Source: Isurus oxyrinchus
Taxonomy: Eukaryota
Assembly (NCBI GenBank): GCA_026770705.1
Contig: JANJGN010000016.1
Coordinates: forward strand, 85,994,001-86,058,000
Direction of reading: 5' to 3'
Length of the DNA: 64,000 nucleotides
Position numbers and translations under genes: made by a program. Shown in pieces: positions 30,001 to 42,778 of the stretch. The notes beneath the pieces are model-generated. The model made no database searches and had not been told where the DNA came from. It worked only from the letters and a program-made list of their open reading frames with translations. Each line of letters opens with the position of its first letter. The stretch's first letter is position 1.

Positions 30001-33000
30001 GATTGTGATGTGTGGTGTACCTGAGTACACAGACTGGATTGTGAAGTGTGATGTACCTGAGTACACAGACTGGATTGTGAAGTGTGGTGTACCTGAGTAC
30101 ACAGACTGGATTGTGAAATGTGACGTACCTGAGTACACAGACTGGATTGTGAAATGTGATGTACCTGAGTATACAGACTGGATTGTGAAGTGTGATGTAC
30201 CTGAGTACACTGACTGGATTGTGAAGTGTGATGTACCTGAGTACAGACACTGGATTGTGAAGTGTGATGTACCTGAGTACACAGACTGGATTGTGAAGTG
30301 TGATGTACCTGAGTACACAGACTGGATTGTGAAGTGTGATGTACCTGAGTACACAGACTGGATTGTGAAGTGTGGTGTACCTGAGTACACTGACTGGATT
30401 GTGAAGTGTGATGTACCTGAGTACAGACACTGGATTGTGATGTGTGATATACCTGAGTACACAGACTGGATTGTGAAGTGTGATGTACCTGAGTACACAG
30501 ACTGGATTGTGAAGTGAGATGTACCTGAGTACACAGACTGGATTGTTAAGTGAGATGTTCCTGAGTACACAGACTGGATTGTGAAGTGTGATGTACATGA
30601 GTACACAGACTGGATTGTGAAGTGTGATGTACCTGAGTACACAGTCTGGATTGTGAAGTCTGATGTACCTGTGTACACAGACTGGATTGTGAAGTGTGGT
30701 GTATCTGAGTACACAGACTGGATTGTGAAGTGTGATGTACCTGAGTACACAGACAGGATTGTGAAGTGTGATGTACCTGAGTACACAGAATGGATTGTGA
30801 AGTGTGATGTACCTGAGTACACAGACAGGGTTGTGAAGTATGATGTACCTGAGTAGGCAGACTGGATTGTGAAGCGTTATGTACCTGAGTACACACACTG
30901 GATTGTGAAGTGTGATGTTCCTGGGTACACAGACTGAATTGTGTATTGTGATGTATCTGTATACACTGACTGGACTGTGAACTGTGATGTATTTGAGTAC
31001 GCAGACTGGATTGTGAGGAGTGATATAACTGAGTACACAGACTGGATTGTGAAGTGTGATGTACCTGAGTACTCAGAGTGGATTGTGAAGTGTGATGTAC
31101 CTGAGTACACAGACTGGATTGTGAAGTGTAATGTACCTGAGTACACTGACTGCATTGTGAAGTGTGATGTACCTGAGTACACAGACTGTATTGTGAAGTG
31201 TGATGTACCTGAGTACCCAGACTGGATTGTGAAGTGTGATGTAACTGAGTACACAGTCTGGATTGTGAAGTGTGATGTAACTGAGTTCAGAGACTGGATT
31301 GTGAAGTGTGATGTACCTGAGTACACAGACTGGATTGTGAAATGTGATGTACCCGAGTACACAGACTGGATTGTGAAGCGTGATGTACCTGAGTACACAG
31401 ACTGGATTGTGAAGTGTAATGTACCTGAGTACACAGACTGGATTGTGAAGTGTGATGTACCTGAGTACACAGACTGGATTGTGAAGTGTAATGTACCTGA
31501 GTACACACACTGTATTGTGAAGTGTGATGTACCTGAGTACACAGACTGGTTTGTGAAGTGTAATGTACCTGAAAACACAGACTGGATTGTGAAGTGTGAT
31601 GTACCTGAGTACACACACTGGATTGTGAAGTGTGGTGTACCTGAGTACACAGACTGGATTGCAAAGTGTGATGTACCTGAGTACACAGACTGGATTGTGA
31701 AATGTGGTGTACCTGAGTACACAGACTGGATTGTGAAGTGTGGTGTTCCTGAGTATACAGACTGGATTGTGAAGTGTGATGTAACTGAGTAGACAGAGTT
31801 GATTGTGAAGTGTGATGTACCTGAGTACACAGACTGGATTTTGAAGTGTGATGTACGTGAGTACACAGACTGGATTGTGAAATGTGATGTAACTGAGTTC
31901 ACAGACTGGATTGTGAAGTGCGATGTATATAAGTATACAGACTGGATTGTGAAGTGTGATGTACCTGAGTACACAGACTGGATTGTTAAGTGTGATGTAC
32001 CTGAGTACACAGACTGGATTGTGAAGTGTAATATACCTGAGTACACAGACAGGATTGTGAAGTGTAATATACCTGAGTACACAGAATGGATTGTGAAGTG
32101 TGATGTACCTGAGTACACAGACTGGATTGTGAAGTGTGATGTACCTGAGTACACAGACTGGATTGTGAAGTGTGATGTAACTGAGTAGACAGAATTGATT
32201 GTGAAGTGTGGTGTACCTGAGTACACAGACTGGATTTTGAAGTGTGATGTACGTGAGTACACAGACTGGATTGTGAAATGTGATGTAACAGAGTTCACAG
32301 ACTGGATTGTGAAGTGTGATGTACCTGAGTACAGAGACTGGATTGTGAAGTCTGGTGTACCTGAGTACACAGACTGGATTGTGAAGTGTGATGTACCTGA
32401 GTACCCAGACTGGATTGTGAAGTGTGGTGTACCTGAGTACACAGACTGGATTGTGAAATGTGATGTACCTGAGTACACAGACTGGATTGTGAAATGTGAT
32501 GTACCTGAGTATACAGACTGGATTGTGAAGTGTGATGTACCTGAGTACACTGACTGGATTGTGAAGTGTGATGTACCTGAGTACAGACACTGGATTGTGA
32601 AGTGTGATGTACCTGAGTACACAGACTGGATTGTGAAGTGTGATGTACCTGAGCACACAGACTGGATTGTGAAGTGTGATGTACCTGAGTACACAGACTG
32701 GATTGTTAAGTGTGATGTACCTGAATACACAGACTGGATTGTGAAGTGTAATATACCTGAGTACACATACAGGATTGTGAAGTATAATATACCTGAGTAC
32801 ACAGAGTGGATTGTGAAGTGTGATGTACCTGAGTACACAGACTGGATTGTGAAGTGTGGTGTACCTGAGTACACAGACTGTATTGCAAAGTGTCATGTAC
32901 CTGAGTACACAGACTGGATTGTGAAGTGTGGTGTACCTGAGTACACAGATTGGATTGTGAAGTGTGGTGTTCCTGAGTACACAGACTGGATTGTGAAGTG

Positions 33001-36000
33001 TGATGTAACTGAGTACACAGAATTGATTGTGAAGTGTGATGTACCTGAGTACACAGACTGGATTTTGAAGTGTGATGTACGTGAATACACAGACTGGATT
33101 GTGAAGTGTGATGTACTTGAGTACACAGACTGGATTGTGAAGTGTGATGTACCTGAGTACACAGACTGGATTGTGAATTGTGATGTACCTGAATACACAG
33201 ACTGGATTGTGAAGCGTGATGTACCTGAGTACACACACTGGATTGTGAAGTGTGGTGTACCTGAGTACACAGACTGGATTGCAAAGTGTGATATACCTGA
33301 GTACACAGACTGGATTGCGAAGTGTGGTGTACCTGAGTACACAGACTGGATTGTCAAGTGTGGTTTTCCTGAGTATACAGACTGGATTGTGAAGTGTGAT
33401 GTACCTGAGTACACAGACTGGATTGTGAAGTGTGATGTACCTGAGTACACAGACTGGATTGTGAAGTGTGATGTACCTGAGTACACAGACTGGATTGTGA
33501 TGTGTGGTGTACCTGAGTACACAGACTGGATTGTGAATTGTGATGTACCTGAGTACACTGACTGGATTGTGAAGTGTGATGTACCTGAGTACAGACACTG
33601 GATTGTGAAGTGTGATGTACCTGAGTACACAGAATGGATTGTGAAGTGTGATGTACCTGAGTACACAGACTGGATTGTGAAGTGTGATGTACCTGAGTAC
33701 ACAGACTGGATTGTTAAGTGTGATGTACCTGAGTACACAGACTGGATTGTGAAGTGTGATGTACCTGGTTACACAGACTGGATTGTGAAATATGATGTAC
33801 CTGAGTACACAGACAGGATTGTGAAGTGTGATGTACCTCAGTACACAGACTGGATTGTGAAGTGTGATGTACCTGAGTAAACACACTGGATTGTGAAGTG
33901 TGATGTTCCTGGGTACACAGACTGAATTGTGAATTGTGATGTATCTGAATACACTGACTGGACAGTGAACTGTGATGTATTTGAGTACACAGACTGGATT
34001 CTGAGGTGTGATATAACTGAGTACACAGACTGGATTGTGAAGTGTGATGTACCTGAGTACTCAGAGTGGATTGTGAAGTGTGATGTACCTGAGTACACAG
34101 ACTGGATTGTGAAGTGTGATGTACCTGAGTACACAGACTGGATTGTGAAGTGTGATGTAACTGAGTACACAGTCTGGATTGTGAAGTGTGATGTAACTGA
34201 GTTCACAGACTGGATTGTGAAGTGTGATGTACCTGAGTACACAGACTGGATTGTGAAATGTGATGTACCTGAGTGCACAGACTGGATTGTGAAGTGTGAT
34301 GTACCTGAGTACACAGACTGGATTGTGAAGTGTGATGTACCTGAGTACACAGACTGGATTGTGAATTGTGATGTACCTGAATACACAGACTGGAGTGTGA
34401 AGCGTGATGTACCTGAGTACACACACTGGATTGTGAAGTGTGGTGTACCTGAGTACACAGACTGGATTGCAAAGTGTGATGTACCTGAGTACACAGACTG
34501 GATTGTGAAGTGTGGTGTTCCTGAGTATACAGACTGGATTGTGAAGTGTGATGTAACTGAGTAGACAGAATTGATTGTGAAGTGTGATGTACGTGAGTAC
34601 ACAGACTGGATTGTGAAATGTGATGTAACTGAGTTCACAGACTGGATTGTGAAGTGTGATGTATATGAGTATACAGACTGGATTGTGAAGTGTGATGTAC
34701 TTGAGTACACAGACTGGATTGTGAAGTGTGATGTACCTGAGTACACATACTGGATTGTGAAGTGTGATGTACCTGAGTACACAAACTGGATTGTGAAGTG
34801 TGATGTACCTGAGTACACAGACTGGATTGTGAAGTGTGATGTACCTGAGTACACAGACTGGATTGTGAAATGTGATGTACCTGAGTACACAGACTGGATT
34901 GTGAAGTGTGATATACCTGAGTACACAGAATGGTTTGTGTAGTCTGATGTACCTGAGTACACAGTCTGGATTTTGAAGTGTGATGTACCTGAGTACACAG
35001 ACTGGATTGTGAAGCGTGATGTACCTGAGTACACAGTCTGGATTTTGAAGTGTGATGTACCTGAGTACACAGACTGGATTGTGAAGCGTGATGTACCTGA
35101 GTACACACACTGGATTGTGAAGTTTGGTGTATCTGAGTACACAGACTGGACTGTGAAGTGTGATGTACCTGAGTACACAGACTGGATTGTGAAGTGTGAT
35201 GTAACTGAGTAGACAGAATGGATTGTGAAGTGTGATGTACCTGAGTACACAGACTGGATTGTGAAGTGTGATGTACCTGAGTACACAGACTGGATTGTGA
35301 AGTGTGATGTACCTGAGTACACAGACTGGATTTTGAAGTGTGATGTACGTGAGTACACAGACTGGATTGTGAAGTGTGATGTAACTGAGTACACAGACTG
35401 GATTGTGAAGTGTGATGTACCTGAGTACACAGACTGGATTGTGAAGTGTGATGTACTTGAGTATACAGACTGGATTGTGAAGTGTGATGTACCTGAGTAC
35501 ACAGACTGGATTGTGAAGTGTGATGTTCCTGAGTACACAGACTGGATTTTGAAGTGTGATGTACGTGAGAACACAGACTGGATTGTGAAATGTGATGTAA
35601 CTGAGTTCACAGACTGGATTGTGAAGTGTGATGTACCTGAGTACAAAGTCTGGATTTTGAAGTGTGATGTACCTGAGTACACAGACTGGATTTTGAAATG
35701 TGATGTACCTGAGTACACAGACTGGATTGTGAATTGTGATGTACCTGAATACACAGACTGGATTGTGAATCGTGATGTACCTGATTACACACACTGGATT
35801 GTGAAGTTTGGTGTATCTGAGTACACAGACTGGACTGTTAAGTGTGATGTACCTGAGTACACAGACTGGATTGCGAAGTGTGGTGTACCTGAGTACACAG
35901 ACTGGATTGTGAAGTGTGGTGTTCCTGAGTATAAAGACTGGATTGTGAAGTGTGATGTACCTGAGTACACAGACTGGATTGTGAAGTGTGATGTACCTGA

Positions 36001-37894
36001 GTACACAGACTGGATTGTGAAGTGTGATGTACCTGAGTACACAGACTGGATTGTAAAGTGTGATGTACCTGAGTACACAGACTGGATTGTGAATTGTGAT
36101 GTACCTGAGTACACAGACTGGATTGTGAAGTGTGATGTACCTGAGTACACTGACTGGATTGTGAAGTGTGATGTACCTGAGTACAGACACTGGATTGTGA
36201 ATGTGATGTACCTGAGTACACAGACTCGATTGTGAAGTGTGATGTACCTGAGTACACAGACTGGATTGTGAAGTGTGATGTACCTGAGTACACAGACTGG
36301 ATTGTTAAGTGTGATGTACCTGAGTACACAGACTGGATTGTGAAGTGTGATGTACCTGAGTACACAGACTGGATTGTGAAGTGTGACGTACCTGAGTACA
36401 CAGTCTGGATTGTGAAGTCTGATGTACCTGAGTACACAGACTGGATTGTGAATTGTGATGTACCTGAGTACACAGACTGGATTGTGAAGTGTGATGTTCC
36501 TGAGTACACAGACTGGATTGTGAAGTGTGACGTATCTGAGTACACAGTCTGGATTGTGAAGTGTGATGTACCTGAGTACACAGACTGGATTGTGAAGTGT
36601 GGTGTACCTGAGTACACAGACTGGATTGTGAAATGTGATGTACCTGAGTACACAGACTGGATTGTGAAATGTGATGTACCTGAGTATACAGACTGGATTG
36701 TGAAGTGTGATGTACCTGAGTACACAGTCTGGATTGTGAACTGTGATGTACCTGAATACACAGACTGGATTGTGAAGTGTGATGTAACTGAGTAGACAGA
36801 ATGGATTGTGAAGTGTGATGTACCTGAGTACACAGACTGGATTGTGAAGTGTGATGTACCTGAGTACAGAGACTGGATTATGAAATGTGATGTACCTGAA
36901 TACACAGACTGGATTGTGAAGCGTGATGTACCTGAGTACACACACTGGATTGTGAAGTGTGATGTTCCTGGGTACACAGACTGAATTGTGATTTGTGATG
37001 TATCTGAATACACTGACTGGACTTTGGACTGTGATGTATTTGAGTGCACAGACTGGATTTTGAGGTGTGATATAACTGAGTACACAGACTGGATTGTGAA
37101 GTGTGATGTACCTGAGCACGCATTCTGGATTGTGAAGTGTGATGTACCTGTGTACACAGACTGGATTGTGAAATATGATGCACCTGGGTTCACAGACTGG
37201 ATTGTGTAGTGTGATTTACCTGAGTACACAGAGTGGATTGTGAAGTGTGATGTGCCTGAGTACACAGACAGGATTGTGAAGTGTGGTGTACCTGAGTACA
37301 CAGACTGGATTGTGAAATGTGATGTATCTTAGTACACAGAGTGGATTGTGAAGTGTGATGTACCTGAGTACACAGACTGGATTGTGAAATGTGATGTACC
37401 TGAGCACACAGACTGGATTGTGAAATGTGATGTACCTGAGTACACAGCCTGGATTGTGAAGTGTGATTTACCTGAGTACACCAACTGGATTGTGAAGTGT
37501 GCTTTACCTGAGTACATAGACTGGATTGTGAAGTGTGATGTACCTGAGTACACAGACTGGATTGTGAAGTGTGATTTACCTGAGTACACAGACTGGATTG
37601 TGAAGTGTGATGTACCTGTGTACACAGACTGGATTGTGAAGTGTGATGTACCTGAGTACACAGACTGGATTGTTACGTGTGATGTACTTGAGTACACTGA
37701 CTGGATTGTGAAGTGTGATGTACCTTTGTACACAGACTGGATTGTGAAGTGTGATGTACCTGAGTACACAGACTGGATTGTGAAGTGTGATGTACTTGAG
37801 TACACAGACTGGATTGTGAAGTGTGCTTTACTTGAGTACACAGACTGGATTGTGACGTGTGAATTACCTGAGTACATAGACTGGATTGTGAAGT
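1..37894. repeat. 36-bp satellite array, consensus GTACACAGACTGGATTGTGAAGTGTGATGTACCTGA, about 1,050 monomers, open at the window start
   Basis: The monomer is read directly. The 60-nt lines recur every 3 lines (180 = 5x36) up to 36181, there is a 1-bp deletion at ~36202, and the array ends abruptly at ~37894 into AT-rich unique DNA. Confidence 0.99.
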
Positions 37895-38544
37895 AAATCT
37901 TCACCAATAAGTAACCATTGTTAAACTATAAAAATGACATTTTGCTGAACATCATATTCCAAAACTTTTATTGTTGCATTTTTTAGATCTTTATACATTG
38001 GCACAATTATCTGATCTGCATATATTACTGTATATAGACAATATATAATTGTAATATATTATTGTAATAAATACTGTAACATGAAATGATATATATTATT
38101 TATTACTCAGGCTTCTCTATATATTACTCAGCAGGATATATCATCACTAACATTTTAACTATATAGTGACACAGCTCTGATAACCATATTAATAAAGTTT
38201 TAATTGTATCTTTCATTCTCTCTGTGTTTACTGACACAATTCTCTGGTTTGTGGGTTACCCTATGTACAAACCATCTGTGATGTCCTTGGAGTAATGGCT
38301 CAAACTGACTTCATCAAACTGACATTCCAAATAGGCCGACACTGTTCATAACGGGATTAACTGTAATTGTGTCAGATCTGAGCGTCAGCATCTAAACTAG
38401 AGAGAGGGATGGAGGATAGATAGAGAGAGGGATGGAGGTTAATTAGAGGGAGGGGTGGACGTCAAATAGAGAAGTGATTGAGGTCAGAGAGAGAGAGGGA
38501 TAGAGGTCAGATAGAGATAGGGATGGAGGTCAGATAGTTACACG

Positions 38545-39163
38545 GATGGAGATCAGAGAGCTGTGTATCTGAGAGGAAGGTCAGACACTCATAAGGAGGG
38601 TTTGAGATCAGGGAGGTGTGTATCTGAGAGGAAGGTTGGACACTCAGAGGGAGGGATGGAGATCAGGGAGGTGTATATCTGAGAGGAAGTTCGGACACTC
38701 AGAGGGAGGGATGGAGATCAGGGAGGTGTGTAACTGAGAGGAAGATCGGACACTCAGATGGAGGGATGGAGATCAGGGAGGTGTGTATCTGAGAGGAAGG
38801 TGGGACACTCAGAGGGAGGGATGGAGATCAGGGAGGTGTGTATCTGAGAGGAAGGTCGGACACTCAGAGGGAGGGATGGAGATCAGGGAGGTGTGTATCT
38901 GAGAGGAAGGTTGGACACTCAGAGGGAGGGATGGAGATCAGGGAGGTGTGTAACTGAGAGGAAGGTCGGACACTCAGAGGGAGGGATGGAGATCAGGGAG
39001 GTGTGTATCTGAGGTGAAGGTGGGACACTCACATGGAGGGATGGAGATCAGGGAGGTGTGTATCTGAGAGGAAGGTCGGACACTCAGAGGGAAGGATGGA
39101 GATCAGGGAGGTGTGTATCTGAGAGGAAGGTCGGACACTCAGAGGGAGGGATGGAGATCAGGT
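38545..39163. repeat. 55-bp minisatellite (GGAGGTGTGTATCTGAGAGGAAGGTCGGACACTCAGAGGGAGGGATGGAGATCAG), about 11 copies, preceded by degenerate GA-rich repeats from ~38400
   Basis: ATGGAGATCA recurs at 38821 and 38876; the ORF starts at 39058 and 39113 are also 55 bp apart. Confidence 0.95.
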
Positions 39164-39608
39164 GGAACGAGGTTACTGTCCATTCTCACCACCTGTGCTG
39201 CAGTTTGGTGCAGACTAACCTGTTGCTCTGTGGATCCCTGGTTAATGCAGTCCCCTTGCTCCCTGCCTTGCAGCCTCTCTCAATCCACACTACCACTTCT
39301 TCCCTGTAGGGAATGGGATTGAGCCAGAAACCCAGAGGGGATGAGTTCAAATCCCAGGATGGGAGTTAGTGAAATGGAATTGGATAAATCTGATCATTTG
39401 TTTTCTGGCTGTAGAAATTGTCCATAAATCCTGCTGGATTGATAGAAAACACAAGGGACTCAGTGAGGGAAGATGCCAGTCTCACCCTGTCACTGTCTAC
39501 CCTGTCAATCTGTACACAGTAATCCAGGTGTGGTCTCACCGAGGTCCGATAGAATTTTAATAAGACTTCTTCACTCAGGCAGGTACAGGAGCTGACACAG
39601 AGTCTTTC

Positions 39609-39802
39609 NNNNNNNNNNNNNNNNNNNNNNNNNNNNNNNNNNNNNNNNNNNNNNNNNNNNNNNNNNNNNNNNNNNNNNNNNNNNNNNNNNNNNNNNNNNN
39701 NNNNNNNNNNNNNNNNNNNNNNNNNNNNNNNNNNNNNNNNNNNNNNNNNNNNNNNNNNNNNNNNNNNNNNNNNNNNNNNNNNNNNNNNNNNNNNNNNNNN
39801 NN
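39609..39802. other. Assembly gap (194 N)
   Basis: Run of N, flanked on the right by CT-rich low-complexity sequence. Confidence 1.
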
Positions 39803-39970
39803 CACTCTTATGTCGCTCTCCCTCTATACCTAACTCTCCATCTCACCCTCCCTCTATCTCTCTGCCTCTCTCTGCCTCTGTCTCCATCTCCCCGTCTCTC
39901 TCTCTCTCACTCTCTCTCTCTCTCAATCTCTCTCTCTCTCTCTCAATCTCTATCCTGCCTTGTCCCTCTG
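39803..39970. repeat. (CT)n-rich polypyrimidine tract
   Basis: Read directly from the sequence. Confidence 0.9.
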
Positions 39971-40609
39971 TAGATGTTCTCTGGGTGTGAGTGTTTAATA
40001 TAAGGGGGTGTTTGTCAGTATATTTTCGATGCTCTATGGTTTCTGAGCATGGTGGGAGGGGATCAGGGCTCTGTTCTTTGACGTGACGCAGTGATATCTG
40101 TCCCAGTGTCTCAGACTGTGATGCTGTTGTTTTCTGTGACTGACGCTATGATATTGATTGTAATCTCACTCAGTGTGACACGAGGTTACATGTCTTGATC
40201 AGTGGTGAGGGAGGAGCAGACTGAACAAGGAGCTGCAATCATCAGTCACTGCTGAAATCCTTCACACAGCCCGCACACTCCGCAAACTTCTTCACTAAAT
40301 ATTCTTTCAGCTCCTTAATGAGAGGCCTGGAGCTGAAAAGGGAAAAAGAGAAAGACATCTTTTCGAGAGGCTCATGGACACAATGTACACTGTACATTAC
40401 CCACTAATGACACTCTGTCTACATTTAACTCATTGTTTAAGCTCCAGCCCACCTCCTGTTCCCATCCATATGTTTCAGTCAAGGAGCCTGATAAGCCTAT
40501 AGCACAGGAGGAGGCCATTCAGCCCCTTGTGTCTGTGCTAGCTGTGCACTCGGATCATTCAGAACTAACCTCTCAGTTTAATGCCTGTAATGGGGAAGTG
40601 ACTGGAACC

Positions 40610-41525
40610 TGTTATTAGAGACAGAATGAGTGATAAATATGAACTGATCAGAGAGAGTCAGCATGGATTTAAAAAGGATCAGACATCTTTAACTAACCTG
40701 GTTACGTTTTTTAAGGAGGTCACTAATGTGGTAGATTCGGGAATGTATATGGAAGTGATTGATATGGATTTCCAGAAGGCATTTGAGAAAATTCAACATG
40801 AGAGACTGTGAATAAAAATGGAAGCAGATGGAATTTGAGGAAACCTGTTGCCATGGATAAGGAACTGGTTAGGAGGCAGGAGACAGAGAGTAGGGATAAT
40901 GTGTATGTGCTCCAATGAGCAAGATGTGAATAGTGATGTCCCCAGGGATCTGTGCTGGAGCCTCAGCTTTCCACAATATTTATCAGTTGTGGGCACCGCA
41001 CCTCAGGAAGGATATATGAAGGACCATGGAGAGGGCACAGCTCAGATTCACCTGAATGATCCCGGGGTTAAAAGGGTTAAGTTGTCAGGACAGATTGTAT
41101 AAACTCAGCTTGGATTGTTTTGAACTGAGATCTAATTGAGATGTATAAGATGAATAAAGACTTAATCTGATTAGTGTAGACGGAGAGAAACCATGTCCTC
41201 TGGTGGGGGAGTCGAGAACGAGGGGGCAGAATCTTCAAATTCGAGCTCGGCCGTTCAGGGGTGATGTCAGGAAGCAATTCTTCACTGGAAGGGGAGTGGA
41301 AATCTGGAACTCTCTCCCCCTGAGAAAAAATGCTGTTGGGGCTGGGAGAGGGCGGTCACATGAAAATGTTAAACCTGAGCTTGTTAGGTTTTTCTTACAC
41401 AAGGGGATTGAGGGTTATGGGGCAAGCTGGAGAAATGGAGTTAAGATACAGATCAGCCATGATCTAATTGAATGGTGGGACAGGCTCGAGGGGCTGAATG
41501 GCCTCCTCCTGTTCCTATATTCCTA
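40610..41525 (+). mobile_element. Decayed CR1-clade LINE 3' fragment (RT remnants plus 3' tail)
   Basis: Frameshifted peptides SQHGFKK..SLTNLVTFFKEVT..DMDFQKAFEKI, WIRNWLGGRRQRV and RTRGQNL..FFTGRGVEIWNSLP, ending in a GGGCTGAATGGCCTCCTCCTGTTCCTAT tail typical of elasmobranch CR1/HER1-like elements. Confidence 0.9.
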
Positions 41526-41959
41526 ATCCCACTCCCCTGCTCTCTCCCCATCGTCCTGTATTCTCCACAGATTCACCTGTTTATTAACTGCAGTTTGAAC
41601 TACAACCCACACTTTCATTCCCCGCAGGCTGCTGAATGGTTAGTGAATTCTCTGTTTGGATTTCCCATTTCTACTCTCTGTAGTTTGTCCATTCCTAACG
41701 CTGTTGATCATTTTAATTCAAGGCTTTATCAATCTGCACTTCCACTTTCAGGGAATGATGGAATTGGAGCCAAGCTCTCTCTGCTTCTACACATCCTTCA
41801 CCATCTTTTCACTACTTCTCCCCCTCAAACCCATCATCTCAAACTCCTCTGCATTGAATTGTGTCAGTCACCTATCTGTCCCTTCCCTCATCCGTCTCTA
41901 CTCTCCCCAAGTCTTTGACTCTTCTCCTCCCTGTTTGTTAAACCGCTCCTTCTGTGTAG

Positions 41960-42145
41960 TCAGCACATTCCAGTTATCGGGGCAAGTGGCTGATCTTTGT
42001 GATGTGGAGGATTTGGGGGGTCAGATCGGGGTGAAAGATGAGGCCAAGGTTGTGAAGAGTCTGGTTCAGCAGCAGACAGTGCTCAGGGAGAGGGATGGAG
42101 TTTGTATCGGGAGCTGAAGACGATGGCTTTGATCTTCCCAATGTG
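41960..42145 (-). mobile_element. L2-clade LINE fragment
   Basis: The reverse complement (ATTGGGAAGATCAAAGCCATCGTCTTC..ACTCCATCCCTCTCCCTG..CACAACCTTGG) matches the L2 copy at 57440-57580. Confidence 0.7.
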
Positions 42146-42778
42146 TTTCCCAGTGAGCCTGCCTCCTCAGTCCTGACTGCTCTTAGCTGCTGTTCTTTTC
42201 ACTGATCGGACAGTTATTATTACAGATTCAGACCACAGCAGAAACCCCCAGTGTAAAAAATAACTGCAAAGATTGTCCGATCGCAAGATTGAAACGTAAC
42301 CAAGAGAGGAAGTGAAAGAAGGAGCTCAGAGCAGCTGGATGTTTGTTACTGACACGGGAGAAAACTGTGAACCGTGTCCACTACCTAGAATCTTACAGCA
42401 CAGAAGGAGGCCATTCAGCCCATCCTGCCTGTGAGTTACCCAGTGAGACCCACTCCCCCTCTCTGTCCCCATAGTGGAGCAGGTCAATAAGGTGAGGGGT
42501 ATCAGGTCAGTGAGTTCATGGGTAACAGGTCAGTGAGGCCAGGCAGGTCAGTGATGTCAGTGCTAGTGCTGGAACAACACTTGGTGTGGGACAGTGTATG
42601 GAAATCTGCACTTTGGGCAATTTGGGGGTTATGGAGCGTGGATGAAAGAAGCCAGGAGAGGACATTAGAATAATGGAGTCAGGAGGCAAGACAAGCAGGG
42701 AAAAGGGTTTTTTGTGGTCTAGGGGCTGATGAAGTGTAGAGACGGACAATATTGTGGGGATGGAAATGAGATGCCCAC

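Noticed and set aside
1-37894. CRISPR array (36-bp repeats)
   Set aside because: Monomers are contiguous with no spacers, there are no cas genes, and the context is vertebrate.
1-37894. Satellite as an RSS array or AID switch-like region
   Set aside because: CACAGAC is only 5/7 of the heptamer with no nonamer, and the consensus lacks AGCT/WGCW motifs and G-clusters.
17-37907. Long ORFs of up to 1777 aa made of KCDVPEYTDWIV / YSGTSHFTIQSV / VLRYITLHNPVC repeats as a giant repeat protein; EYTDWI loosely recalls the trypsin-family C-terminus
   Set aside because: A 36-bp monomer is 12 codons and is open in four frames on both strands. Stop codons recur and are copied along with higher-order blocks, many variants change amino acids, and there is no unique N- or C-terminal domain.
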